Source: an uncultured delta proteobacterium
Lineage (GTDB): Bacteria > Desulfobacterota > Desulfobacteria > Desulfobacterales > JAHEIW01
DNA: 64,000 nt
Reading direction: 5' to 3'
Assembly (NCBI GenBank): GCA_963706575.1
Contig: CAVPNL010000001.1
Span: forward strand, 96,001-160,000
Below the pieces are notes generated by a model. The model worked only from the letters and a program-made list of their open reading frames with translations, ran no database searches and had not been told where the DNA came from. Shown in pieces: positions 9,628 through 20,299 of the stretch (its first letter is position 1; each line of letters opens with the position of its first letter). A program made the translations under genes and the position numbers.

Positions 9628-10791
9628 ATGGAATTTAGTTTGCCCGAAGAACTCGAGATTCTGAGAAATATGGTGCACGATTTTGCAGAAGAGAAAATTG
9701 CGCCTTTTGCCGATGAATGGGATGAAAAGCATTATTTCCCTTACGAGGAAGCCGTCAAGCCAATGGGCGAGCTGGGCTTATTCGGCACGGTTATCTCTGA
9801 GGCCTATGGTGGATCCGAGATGGGCTGGCTGGCGGCCATGATTATTACCGAAGAAATCGCCCGGGCATCGAGTTCACTCAGGGTCCAGATCAATATGCAG
9901 ACCCTTGGGTGTGCCTATACCATCGAAAAATACGGCAGCGAGGAATTATCAAAAAAATATATTCCCAAACTGGTCAGCGCCGAATATATGGGCGGATTTG
10001 CCATGACCGAACCGGACGCGGGCTCTGATGTCATGGCCATAAAATCGCGGGCCGAAGATAAGGGCGATCACTGGCTTCTAAACGGATCCAAGACCTGGAT
10101 CTCCAATGCCGACGTGGCCGATATCATCATTTATTATGCTTACACCGATCGTGATGCGGCTTCAAAGGGCTTATCGGCTTTTGTCGTTGAGCTTAAAAAT
10201 TTCAACGACGTGCGGACCACGGCTCTGGACAAATTAGGATCCCGATCTTCACCTACAGGAGAAATCTATCTGACCGATACCAAAGTGCCCAAGGAAAACA
10301 TTCTCGGCAAACCCGGTGATGGTGCCAAAATTCTTTTTGGCTCCTTGAATCAAACCCGGCTTTCGGCTGCCGCCGGGGCTGTGGGGGTGGCTCAGGCCTG
10401 CCTGGATGAAGCCGTCAAGTATGCAACCGAGCGCAAGCAATTCGGTAAAGCGATCGGTGAATTCCAGATGAACCAGGATCTCATTGCCCAGATGTCGGCT
10501 GAAATTGAAGCCGCCCGACTGCTGGTTTACAAGGCCGGCTGGGCAAAAGATCAGGGAAGATTAAACAACGGTCTGGATGTGGCCCAGGCAAAATATTTTG
10601 CGGGTGAGGTGGTGACCAAATGTGCCAATTATGCCATGCGGATTCTCGGTGCTTACGGCTATTCCACCGAATATTCCGTGGCGCGCTATTTCCGTGATGC
10701 CCCGACCTATACCATGGTGGAAGGATCTGCCAATATCTGCAAATGGATTATTGCGTTGGATCAGTTGGGCATTCGCAAAGCAAATAGGTAG
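9628..10791 (+). CDS. acd: Glutaryl-CoA dehydrogenase (non-decarboxylating)
   Basis: Closely resembles, from memory, the Desulfococcus multivorans enzyme: FPYEEAV.PMGELG, GRLNNGLDVA.AKY, MVEGSANICK.IIALDQLG.RKANR. Confidence 0.9.
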   Translation: MEFSLPEELEILRNMVHDFAEEKIAPFADEWDEKHYFPYEEAVKPMGELGLFGTVISEAYGGSEMGWLAAMIITEEIARASSSLRVQINMQTLGCAYTIEKYGSEELSKKYIPKLVSAEYMGGFAMTEPDAGSDVMAIKSRAEDKGDHWLLNGSKTWISNADVADIIIYYAYTDRDAASKGLSAFVVELKNFNDVRTTALDKLGSRSSPTGEIYLTDTKVPKENILGKPGDGAKILFGSLNQTRLSAAAGAVGVAQACLDEAVKYATERKQFGKAIGEFQMNQDLIAQMSAEIEAARLLVYKAGWAKDQGRLNNGLDVAQAKYFAGEVVTKCANYAMRILGAYGYSTEYSVARYFRDAPTYTMVEGSANICKWIIALDQLGIRKANR

Positions 10792-10859
10792 GCTGTTATA
10801 TTCGGTCAATTTAAATTGATTTTTTTCTATTCGGGCGGGAGCTGCCTGCTTTAAACAAC

Positions 10860-10964
10860 AAGTGAGCTAAAATGTCTAAAATGAGCTAAAATGCCTAAAA
10901 TTGGAGATAAGGATGGTTTTCTCCTTAATTTTAGGCATTTTAGGCACTTTTAACTTTAGGCATT
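10860..10964. repeat. Repeat family A, copy 1: hairpin with tandem 9/10-mer arms
   Basis: Left arm AAGTGAGCT-AAAATGTCT-AAAATGAGCT-AAAATGCCT-AAAATT; right arm AATTTTAGGCATTTTAGGCACTTT..CTTTAGGCATT. Confidence 0.85.
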
Positions 10965-11038
10965 GTGCACGGTTTTCTCCAGCCTTGACAAATTTACTTA
11001 TTTTAAAAAGAATTAAAGTTGTATGAAAGGAGAAGAAG

Positions 11039-11827
11039 ATGGACATCGTTGTTTTGGTGAAACAGGTGCCGGATACCGAATCACTGGTTCAGATTGCAGA
11101 AGATGGGGTTTCCATTAAAACGCAGGATATCAAATGGACCATGAACCCCTATGATGAACTGGCGGTGGAAGAGGCACTGCAAATCAAAGAAGCTCAGGGG
11201 GGTACGGTAACCATCCTTACCCTGGGACCGGATAAAGCCATTGAGGCGATCCGGACCGCACTTGCCATGGGCGCTGACCAGGGCGTGCATATCAATGATC
11301 CGGCCGCCCAAGGCAGCGATTCCCTGGCCACTGCAAAATTGTTGGCAGCTGCTTTAAAGGACATCCCTTATGATTTGATCATTGCCGGGCATCGGGCTGT
11401 GGATGAGGACAATTATCAGGTGGCCTCGGCCGTCGCTGAATTGCTGGGTATTCCCCAGGTTTCAATGGTCAATAAAGCCGAAATCACTGAAGGCAAGATC
11501 ACCTGCCATCGAACGATTGAAGGTGGTACCGTTGTCGTGGAAGCTTCACTGCCGGCGGTGTTTACCACCCAGCGCGGGCTCAATGAGCCGCGTTACGCAT
11601 CTTTGCCGGGCATCATGAAAGCCAAGAAAAAGCCTGTTGATGTTAAATCAGTCGCCGATCTGGGTGTTGATGCCGCCATGGTGGGCGCAGCCAACCGCAA
11701 AGTCAAGATAAAGGCGCTTAATCTGCCACCTGTAAGGCAGGCGGTCAAAATGATTGAAGGCGAAGCCGCTGCAGATAAAGCAGCAGCGCTGGTAAAAATT
11801 TTACATGAAGAAACAAAAATTATTTAG
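11039..11827 (+). CDS. etfB: Electron transfer flavoprotein beta subunit
   Basis: VKQVPDT, NPYDE.AVEEA and NEPRYASLPGIMKAKKK motifs. Confidence 0.95.
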   Translation: MDIVVLVKQVPDTESLVQIAEDGVSIKTQDIKWTMNPYDELAVEEALQIKEAQGGTVTILTLGPDKAIEAIRTALAMGADQGVHINDPAAQGSDSLATAKLLAAALKDIPYDLIIAGHRAVDEDNYQVASAVAELLGIPQVSMVNKAEITEGKITCHRTIEGGTVVVEASLPAVFTTQRGLNEPRYASLPGIMKAKKKPVDVKSVADLGVDAAMVGAANRKVKIKALNLPPVRQAVKMIEGEAAADKAAALVKILHEETKII

Positions 11828-11839
11828 GGGAGAGCAAAA

Positions 11840-12805
11840 ATGGCACAGGGTGTATTTGCAATAACAGAACAAAGAGACGGGGAACTTCGAAAAGTGAGCC
11901 TTGAAGTCGTGAGCGAGGGCCGACGGGTGGCCGACGGTTTAGGAACTGATTTAACGGCGGTGGTGCTGGGCAGCGGTATCGAAGGCCTTGCGGAAGAACT
12001 TAAAAAATATGGTCCCGATAAAATATGGGTGGCCGACGATCCGGCGCTGGCTGACTATACCACCGATGCTTACACCAATATACTGTCTGGCTTAATTCAG
12101 TCCGCTGATCCGGCAGTTATTATTCTCGGCGCCTCCGCCCAGGGCAAAGATCTATCCGGGCGATTGGCCGCCCGGCTGGACGCCGGTGTAGCCATGGATT
12201 GCACCGCGATAAAATTGGATAACGGCAGTTTAACTTATACCCGACCGATGTTTGGCGGAAAAATTGTTGCAGATGTCGAAATCGCAGGCACGCTTCAAAT
12301 CGTTGCTATTCGACCCAATGTAATGGATATTACCGCAGCAGCCAAAGACAGCGCGATTGAAAAGTCGGCGGTTGAGGTCGGGGAGGTCAAGACCGCAGTG
12401 ATCGAAAAGACCATGGAGACCGGTGATAAAGTTGAACTCACCGAGGCCGATATCATTGTCTCCGGCGGGCGCGGTACCGGTGGCGATTATGCCGCAATTG
12501 AAGCGCTGGCCGCTGAACTGGGTGCCGCGGTCGGCGCCTCCAGATCGGCTGTGGATGAGGGCTGGCGGCCGCACAGCGATCAGGTCGGCCAGACCGGAAA
12601 GACCGTATCGCCGACGCTGTATGTTGCCTGCGGCATTTCCGGTGCGATTCAGCATCTTGCCGGCATGTCGACTTCCAAATATATTGTCGCGATTAACAAA
12701 GATGAGGAAGCACCCATTTTTTCAAAGGCTGATTTCGGTATTGCCGGCGATCTGTTTGATCTGGTTCCCGCGCTTACCGAAGAAGTTAAGAAAGTAAAAG
12801 GATAG
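11840..12805 (+). CDS. etfA: Electron transfer flavoprotein alpha subunit
   Basis: SGGRG, QVGQTGK and GISGAIQHLAGM motifs. Confidence 0.95.
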   Translation: MAQGVFAITEQRDGELRKVSLEVVSEGRRVADGLGTDLTAVVLGSGIEGLAEELKKYGPDKIWVADDPALADYTTDAYTNILSGLIQSADPAVIILGASAQGKDLSGRLAARLDAGVAMDCTAIKLDNGSLTYTRPMFGGKIVADVEIAGTLQIVAIRPNVMDITAAAKDSAIEKSAVEVGEVKTAVIEKTMETGDKVELTEADIIVSGGRGTGGDYAAIEALAAELGAAVGASRSAVDEGWRPHSDQVGQTGKTVSPTLYVACGISGAIQHLAGMSTSKYIVAINKDEEAPIFSKADFGIAGDLFDLVPALTEEVKKVKG

Positions 12806-12862
12806 ACGCCGATTTCCCGATCGGCTAACAAACGAAATCGGTTCCAGATGTATGTATTTCGG

Positions 12863-12896
12863 ATCAGCCCTGCCATCGGCGGGGCTGATTGTTTTT
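12863..12896 (+). terminator. Intrinsic terminator after etfA
   Basis: ATCAGCCCTGCC-ATC-GGCGGGGCTGAT stem followed by TGTTTTT. Confidence 0.7.
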
Positions 12897-12914
12897 GAAA
12901 GAAAGGAGAGACCA

Positions 12915-13307
12915 TTGGATCAGGAAATCGTTGAAAAAACAAAGAAAACGGCCGGACTTTATTTTAAAGATGTTCAAGGTGAAAGGCCATATGATCTCTG
13001 GCGTTCTTTTGACAGGAACCTGGCCAAAGACCTATCGCTTTTTATTACCGGTCAGATGTATGCACGCGAAAAAATTCCGCATCAGACCCGGCAGTTGATC
13101 ACCGTGGCGGCGCTTACCGTGCTCTCCCGGCTGGATGAACTCCGGCTGCACATTCATGCCGCGCTGAACGTGGGGTGTACCCCGCAGGAAATTGCCGAGG
13201 TCATTTTTCAAACGGCTGTTTATGGCGGTATGCCGGCCACTAATCAGGCTTTAAAGACCTTAAGGTCGGTTCTTGAGGAAAAAGGGGAATGGCCGCTGAA
13301 CGATTAG
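12915..13307 (+). CDS. Carboxymuconolactone decarboxylase family protein
   Basis: RQLITVAAL..L...EL.LHI.AALNVG...EI.EVI.Q.AVYGG.P pattern; TTG start after AAGGAG. Confidence 0.85.
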   Translation: MDQEIVEKTKKTAGLYFKDVQGERPYDLWRSFDRNLAKDLSLFITGQMYAREKIPHQTRQLITVAALTVLSRLDELRLHIHAALNVGCTPQEIAEVIFQTAVYGGMPATNQALKTLRSVLEEKGEWPLND

Positions 13308-13615
13308 GAATACGATCATTTAAATACGAATGCCCGATAATTGACACTTAATGACTTAATGAAAAATGTGATTATTTTGGATTTGATAGCTATCCATATC
13401 GCAGCAACACACATTGCGCATCGGTTTTACTTTTGTCGGGAACCCGCTTGCCGTAAATTGGGGCAGTCGGTTGGCAATGGAATGTATTCAATGGCAGGCA
13501 CTTTCTTGCTTGACACGCGAACCCTATTTTTTTTATCTATCTGGCATAACGTCATTTTTTATCGTTCCTCGAGATAGAAATCGACTAAATCAGATTTTAC
13601 CACAGGGAGGCTTAA

Positions 13616-14074
13616 ATGAGTTTAAAATTAAAACAGATCGTCGTATCGATTGAAAACGCTCCCGGCAGGCTGCACGAAGTTACCGAGGCGCTTGGTAACG
13701 CCGGGATTAATCTGCGCGCACTCAACCTGGTTGATACCGGCGCTTTTGGGCAGCTGAGGTTGCTTGTTTCTGATGTGGCGACTGCCCGCAAGATTCTTAT
13801 GGAAATGCAGATTCCGGCTTATGTTAATGAAGTCGTGGCTGCCGAAATCGAGGACAAACCTGGCAGCCTGGCAGAGTTGCTCAAACCGCTGACGCAAGCA
13901 GGTGTAACAGTCATATTTATGTATGCCTTTATCACCTTTGCAAAGGGAAATGCCATTATGATCTTTCGCTTCAGCGATAATGATAAGGCCATAGAGGTTT
14001 TAAGGACCAATGGCACTCATTTGCTGGACTCAGAAGCATTCGGGATCCTATCAACCGAAAGTAATAATTTTTGA
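13616..14074 (+). CDS. Tandem ACT-domain protein
   Basis: IENAPGRL and IEDKPGSL ACT motifs; of the type often linked to paaK/ior loci. Confidence 0.85.
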   Translation: MSLKLKQIVVSIENAPGRLHEVTEALGNAGINLRALNLVDTGAFGQLRLLVSDVATARKILMEMQIPAYVNEVVAAEIEDKPGSLAELLKPLTQAGVTVIFMYAFITFAKGNAIMIFRFSDNDKAIEVLRTNGTHLLDSEAFGILSTESNNF

Positions 14075-14075
14075 A

Positions 14076-16410
14076 ATGACGCTAAGCAAACATAAAAACC
14101 CCTCTAAAAAATCTGCTGTGAAGATGAAGGGGGCAGAGCAAAAGAAAATCCAGAAGGATCGGTATCGCGTTCTGATTGAGGATGTGGCTGATGGGTTCTA
14201 CGAGGCTGATTTAAAAGGGAATTTCAAATTTTTTAATGATGCGCTCTGCCGAATTTTCGGATATTCACGCCAAAAAATCCGGAACAGCAACTTTCAGATT
14301 TACATGGATGATGCCAATGCCGCTATCGCCTATGAAGCCTTTAATAAAATATATCGTACCGGCAAGGGTGTGGTCGATATCAACTGGGAAATCATTCGCA
14401 AAGACGGCGAAAAGCGCCATCTGGAAATTTCCGCCAACCTGATTCGTGACAACGGCGGCAAACCCATCGGTTTCAGGGGGATTGCCAGGGATGTTACCGA
14501 TAAAGTCATCGCTCAGCTCGCGTTGAGTGAGTCTGAGACCTGTGCGCTGGAGCTGTCAGAGCAAAGCCGCCGTGCGGAGCTGCGCTATCGGGCGTTTTTA
14601 AAATTTTTACCCATACCGGTGTTTGTCTTTAATCTGGATAATACGGTGTCCTATCTGAATCCGGCTTTTGAAGAAGTGTTTGGCTGGCGCCTTGAAGAGG
14701 TGGATGGCAAGAAAATACCGTTCGTGCCCGAAAAATATAAGGAACAGACGATTGAGGGCATCCGGCGTCTGCACAAAGAAAAAGTTCTGCGTGGCTTTGA
14801 AACCAAACGGTTTACCAAGGACGGACGGCTGCTGGATATTATTGTTGATGGTGCCATCTTCTATGATGAAGACGGGCAGCCTGCCGGTCAGGTCGTCACC
14901 CTGCGCGATGTGACCCGCGAAAAACGCAGTGCGCGCGTCAATCAGGCTCTTTTTCAGGATTGCCCGCGCCATGTATCAGTATCGGGGTTTGGATCAGCGC
15001 TTGGAGCTGATTACCAAGGAAGTTCAGGATCTGCTGGGCCTTGAGGGCACCATGGTTATTTTGCTCGACGAAGCCAATCAGGAATTCTTTTTCCGCGAAG
15101 CCGTATTTGATAAAACCGAAACCGGCAAGAAGTTTAAGGAACTGCGCTACCCGGTGGACAAAGGCATCGCCGGATTGGTATACCGCACCGGCAAGCCTCA
15201 AATCGTACAGGATGCCTATAAAAGTCCATATTTCTCCCGTGAAGTCGACCTGCAGGCCATGCATCGCACGCGGAACATGGCCGACGTACCTTTAGAGATT
15301 GAGGGACGAATAATCGGTGTTTTGTGCGCCGTCAACAAAAAGGAGGGTGATTTTGATCAGTCCGATATTGAGCTGTTGACGACGATCGGTAATCTGGTTG
15401 CACTGCCGATTGAAAACGCCGGCATCAACGAAGAACTCAAACGGTCTTACGAAGATGTCAAAAGCCTTAACCGCACCAAAGACCGTGTGATTCATCATCT
15501 GTCTCATGAATTAAAAACCCCGGTCTCAATTTTGTCTGCATCTTTGAATCTTTTAAAAAAACGACTATCAGAAATGACCGACCAGCGCTGGGACCGGATT
15601 TTTGAGCGGGCTCAAAGAAACCTGCAGCGCTTGCTCGAGATGCAATATCAGCTGGAAGATATCCTGCGCGAAAAGGACTATAAAACCCATCACATGCTAT
15701 CGGCCCTGCTGGATGCGTCGGTGGATGAACTGGAAGTATTGATTTCACTGGGTTTGGGAGAAAAGGATATTATCGCAAAAATCCGGCAGCACATCGATGA
15801 CACCTACGGTCCCCGGGAATCCAAATCAGAGGTGATCGAGCTGGGCCCTTTCGTAAAGGACAAAATTAAAGCTCTGCGTCCCAAATTTGCGCATCGAAAG
15901 TGCCGCCTGCGAACCTATGCATCTGAGACCGCACCCATCTACATCCCTGCGGAGGTTTTGGGAAAGGTTGTGGAAGGCCTGGTTCGCAACGCCGTTGAGA
16001 ATACGCCCGATGGCGCAAACATATCTGTAAAGGTGCGCAAAGGTGAAATTGGCCCCGAATTTGAAGTCAAAGACAGCGGCATCGGTATCAGTGAAGAAAA
16101 TTTACGGTTAATCTTTGAAAATTATTTTACATCCTATGATACCATGCAGTACTCTACCCGTCAGCCCTATGATTTTAAAGCGGGCGGGAAAGGCTTTGAT
16201 TTACTGCGTATGAAAATATTTTCAGAAAGGTATAACTTCAGAATTAAGATGACATCCCGGCCCTGTCATTTAATCGACAAAGAAGGGTTTGAATGCCCGG
16301 GTAGTGTCGCCGATTGTGTGCCGGATGTTGATACGAAAGATTGCCGCAACACCGGCGGAACAACCGTGAAGGTGCAATTCTATCCCGCCGATCGATTTAC
16401 CAAAAGATAG
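14076..16410 (+). CDS. PAS-PAS-GAF sensor histidine kinase (apparent +1 frameshift at T-run 14950-14954)
   Basis: Two PAS domains, GAF, HELKTP H-box and NAVENTP N-box. Removing one T joins the two ORFs as NQALFRIARAMY. Confidence 0.85.
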
Positions 16411-16500
16411 TTTTGCGGTAAAAAAAAAGTTAAGACTGCGGCGCAGATCTTATGGACATTTGGATTAAACCGATAAACGATTTATTTAAAGGCCCGTACC

Positions 16501-17314
16501 ATGAGCGAACAAAACGAACACAAAGATAATATTCAGCCGACTGGAGAAAAGGCCGAGCAATTTTTCAGGGAAATTGAAATCGAATTTCTGGTCCATGAAC
16601 TCAAAGACCCCATCGCCGTTATTGAAACCGGCCTGCGGACCCTGTTGGAGCGCCAGGATAAGTTCGGGGTTTTATCTGCCCGCCAGGAAAGCACCTTAAA
16701 GCGCACGTTAAGAAATTCAAAAAAAGCCCGAGAGCTGCTTCACAACTTACTTGAGATTGGACGCTCAGAATCCGGATGCTTTATCGGTGAGCGCTTTCAA
16801 CCGGCAGAATCGGCTTTTCAGGCCTTAAAAGATGCGCTCGAGACGCATGCATGGAATGTATTTGAAAAATTTGGCACCTATGACAATCAAACGAAAGCAC
16901 TTGAGTTTCTGCAAACCAGCGGTATTTCTTTTGCAGTGGCACCAACGGTAGATGGCTTGGAGATGTTTCAAGATGAAGTTAAATTTCGCCAGATTATCGG
17001 CAATTTGATTAAAAACGCGCTTCATCACTGCAAACAGAGGGTGGACATCCGGCTGGAACTGGATGGAGAAGATCTGGTCATAGCGGTCAGCGATGATGGG
17101 CCCGGCATTGAGCCGGAAAATCATGAAATGGTATTTCAACGCTATGCCCAGGTAAAAGAGTGCTCTATTGTGCCGCGTAAGGGCCACGGCCTCGGCCTGG
17201 CCGGTGCCAACATTATTTCCCGCTGCCTGGGGGGCAGCCTCGAGTCTGGAAAGTGAGAAAGGCAAAGGGGCTACCTTTCGATTAACAGTACCCATAAGAC
17301 TGGCCGACGATTAA
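16501..17314 (+). CDS. Sensor-less histidine kinase (apparent +1 frameshift near 17245)
   Basis: HELKDP, NLIKNA, DDGPGI and GHGLGL motifs. The corrected C-terminus is LESEKGKGATFRLTVPIRLADD*. Confidence 0.85.
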
Positions 17315-17514
17315 AACCCACCTCAAAAATGTCTTTTGGCCTCCCGCCTTTGGCGGGATTGGTGCCTCGTTTCAAATCCTCGACATACAAAAAAGTATGC
17401 CTCCGGTTTGCGACCCACAAGGCGTTTAAGATCAGATGGGGAATCCAGCAACGCTGGGAAACGAGGCCCCGTCGCGATCTTGAACCAAAATCCTATTTTT
17501 GAGATGGGTTTTTA
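17312..17514. mobile_element. MITE-like element, family C, copy 2
   Basis: TIRs TAAAACCCACCTCAAAAAT / ATTTTTGAGATGGGTTTTTA. Shares TTGGTGCCTCGTTT.AAATCCTC.ACATAC and CGCGATCTTGAACCAAAATCCTATTTTTGAG with copy 1. Overlaps the kinase stop codon. Confidence 0.8.
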
Positions 17515-17527
17515 GTTTTAATACAAT

Positions 17528-19388
17528 TCAATACAGCGCTTTAGCCACATCTTTGAGGCCTAACGCCTCCAGTTTTTGCTTTTTAGGCTTTCCGGAGTGA
17601 AGGTCCCAATCCATTTCGGTGTACCAGTCTCTAACCAAAAGGTCGATATCGCAGTGTCTGCCAACAAGAGGCCCTTTTTCTGGAGGAGGCGTCTTGTATA
17701 CCCGATCGGGAACATGAAATTCCAATGGGTTTAAGCCTTCCCGGATGTTAAACGCCTGTTGTAAATTCGCAATTCGCTCGCCAATCAATATTAATTCATC
17801 GAAATCGATATCCCATCCAGTTACACAACCGATAAACTCGTGAGTCGCATTTACCGGAATCGTTATATGGCCGAACAGGCAGAATCCCGCACTTGTTGCT
17901 GCGTTTGTCAGGCTCATGATACGCTTTTGCTCGGCCCCCTCTGTTTTCAAAGGAATCTAAATCGTAAGGCGGCATTCCAAGGTCCGGGTGCCGGAATTCA
18001 CCCTCGCCGGAAGCACGTGTATGGCGTGCAGGTGCTGGAGCAGCCTTATAGGTCGCTCCCAAGCCGAGACGGATCTGGGCTCGAGGATCGTGCATTGGTA
18101 GTTCCTGGCCTTTGATATGGATGGCATATTTTTCTGCTCCGTTCCCTATTTTTTCAGCGGCCAACTTGACGCCATCGGCTAATATATCTCCAAAGCCTTC
18201 TCTTCTCGCAATCTTTTCAGCCATGGCGATGATCGCTCTGTGATTTCCCCAGGTGAGTTCAATACCATCCGTATCTTTCTGACGAATGATTCCATTTTCA
18301 AAACATTCGATCGCAAAGGCAATTGTGCAACCGGTTGATATGGTATCCAGCCCTTGACGATTACAAATATCGTTGGATAGAATAATAGATTCAATATCGC
18401 TATTCAGACACATGCTGCCAAAAGCCCCAATCGTCTCATATTCTGGTTTGTGGACACCTGCAGCATATTTGTACTTTCCCAGGCCTTGCTTCATGATTCC
18501 GCCGCAGTGCATGGGGCAGTTCCAGCATCCATATCGTTTTTCTTGCCTTTTGATAAAGTTTTCACCCGAAATTTCCTCCAGGTCAGGCATGTCAAGGATA
18601 CTTCCGGCCCAATTCTTAATCGGAAGGCGTCCGTTCATGACCGAGCCGGGAATCATGGCGCTGGTTCCAATATCATGGAAGAATGAAAACCACGGATTTT
18701 CCTTCATTTCGGGTAAATAGTTTTTGCGTAACTGATCCAGTTTTTCTTTCTCAACGACGGGTACCTTTTTTTTCCCACGAACCGCCAATGCTTTAAGACC
18801 TTTCGAACCCATGACGGCCCCAATTCCTGAACGTCCTGCGGCTCTGCCCTTATTCGTAATAATGGCTGATATTAAGGATATTTTTTCTCCAGCAGGGCCG
18901 ATACAGGCAACTCGAACGTCTTTGCCATGCTCGCTTTTCAACAGATCCTCAGTGTCGTGTGTGTCCTTTCCCCAGATAAACTGCGCATCCCTGAGCTCGG
19001 CCTTGCCCTCGTCGATCAAAAGATATACGGGCTTTTCTGATGCGCCGGTGAAGAAAACAGCGTCGTACCCGGCGAACTTGAGGTATGGGCCGAAATCTCC
19101 TCCAGAGTTTGCATCACCCCACGTATCTGTCAGCGGAGATTTAGCGACAACGGTGAATCTTCCGCAAAAAGGAACCGTCGTTCCTGTCACCGGACCCGTT
19201 AAAAAGCCAAGAATGTTGTCCGGCCCTAAAGGATCGACCCCCCTTAGCTGGCGGTTGAAAAGAATATGAGCGCCCATTCCATAGCCTCCGAGAAATTGAC
19301 GGCAAATTTCATCCTCAAGCGTATCTTCAATAATTTCAGATGTTGTAAGATTTACAAATAAAATCTTTCCCATGTATCCGCCAGTCAT
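17528..19388 (-). CDS. aor: Tungsten aldehyde:ferredoxin oxidoreductase family protein (apparent +1 frameshift at C-run 17935-17939)
   Basis: GYMGKILFVNL, KSPLT, GRAAGRSG.GAVMGSK, CWNCPMHC, PEYET and DTISTG motifs; C-terminus continues in the next frame. Confidence 0.88.
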
Positions 19389-19437
19389 ATTCACCTCCTA
19401 TTTAAAAAAGAAATTAGAGAAAACCGATCGAATCATT

Positions 19438-20007
19438 TCAGTCTAAATAAATCCCTTTGGTGAAAATTCGGTTAAAAATTTCAGAAAGCCGGGCAGGGGA
19501 GATCTTACCTTTTGGGTCATACCAGCGATAGGCCCAGCTGACCATCCCGAAAAAAGCGAAGGCACATGCTTTCGTATCCAAATCAACCATTTTACCATCA
19601 GCTTTTAGTTCATCCAAGATTTTCATGAGGCTGTTGGCATAGATTCTTTGCTTCTCTTTTATTTCTTCTTTGTGTTCAGGGTTGAGCGCGTCCTGATTGT
19701 GAACCAACAATTTCATTTTATTAAAATCGACCGCTGCCTGGGTATGAATTTTGAGGATGTCGGATAATTTTACTTTGAGACTTTTTTGGCTTCCTTCAAT
19801 CTCCTGAATCAGGCTCAGGCCGGTGCTGATGGTCTCTTCCAATATCTGGTATAGCAGATCTTCTTTGCTGTCGAAATAATAGTACACGGCTGCCGGGCTT
19901 ATTCCGGCCGACCGGGCAATGTCCCGGGTTGTCGCAGACTGAAATCCGCGTTCAGCAAATACCTTTGCGGCCGCATTGCGAATTAATTTTCTTTTTTCTT
20001 CTTTCAT
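19438..20007 (-). CDS. TetR family transcriptional regulator (KstR2-like C-terminus)
   Basis: FAERGF..TT.DIA..AG.S.A.VYYYF.SKEDLL HTH; W.YRWY.P.G tail. Confidence 0.92.
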   Translation of the reverse strand: MKEEKRKLIRNAAAKVFAERGFQSATTRDIARSAGISPAAVYYYFDSKEDLLYQILEETISTGLSLIQEIEGSQKSLKVKLSDILKIHTQAAVDFNKMKLLVHNQDALNPEHKEEIKEKQRIYANSLMKILDELKADGKMVDLDTKACAFAFFGMVSWAYRWYDPKGKISPARLSEIFNRIFTKGIYLD

Positions 20008-20029
20008 CAAAAATCTCCAAATTTTTTGT

Positions 20030-20045
20030 CTGATTGATCAATCAG
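20030..20045. promoter_or_regulatory. Candidate TetR operator 1
   Basis: Perfect 16-bp palindrome CTGATTGATCAATCAG just upstream of tetR. Confidence 0.7.
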
Positions 20046-20241
20046 GCCATTCGTTCAATTAATAGAATGAACTTCACCTGGGCGTCAATAGGATTTTGAA
20101 TCATCTTTAGGTCTCAAGCGTGCTTATGTATTCGCTGCTAAAATCTCGAATAAAGTTATAACTATCTAAAATAATATTAAAATTTTTATTAAAAATACCT
20201 TGACACCAGGTTCCAAAGAGGATATTTATTTTGAACAATTG

Positions 20242-20265
20242 ATCTGATTGAACGATCAGTCAGAT
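20242..20265. promoter_or_regulatory. Candidate TetR operator 2
   Basis: ATCTGATTGAACGATCAGTCAGAT has the same CTGATTGA half-site and lies upstream of hcrA. Confidence 0.65.
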
Positions 20266-20299
20266 TTTTATGAAAAGTAATTCCAAAAGAGGTCAATTC

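Noticed and set aside
13491..13515. Sigma54 promoter (GGCAC...TTGC) upstream of the ACT gene
   Set aside because: The GG-to-GC spacing is 9 bp rather than the required 10.
14929..15044. Programmed ribosomal frameshifting in the split genes
   Set aside because: No canonical slippery heptamers; the same +1 defect occurs in six unrelated genes, which favours sequencing error.
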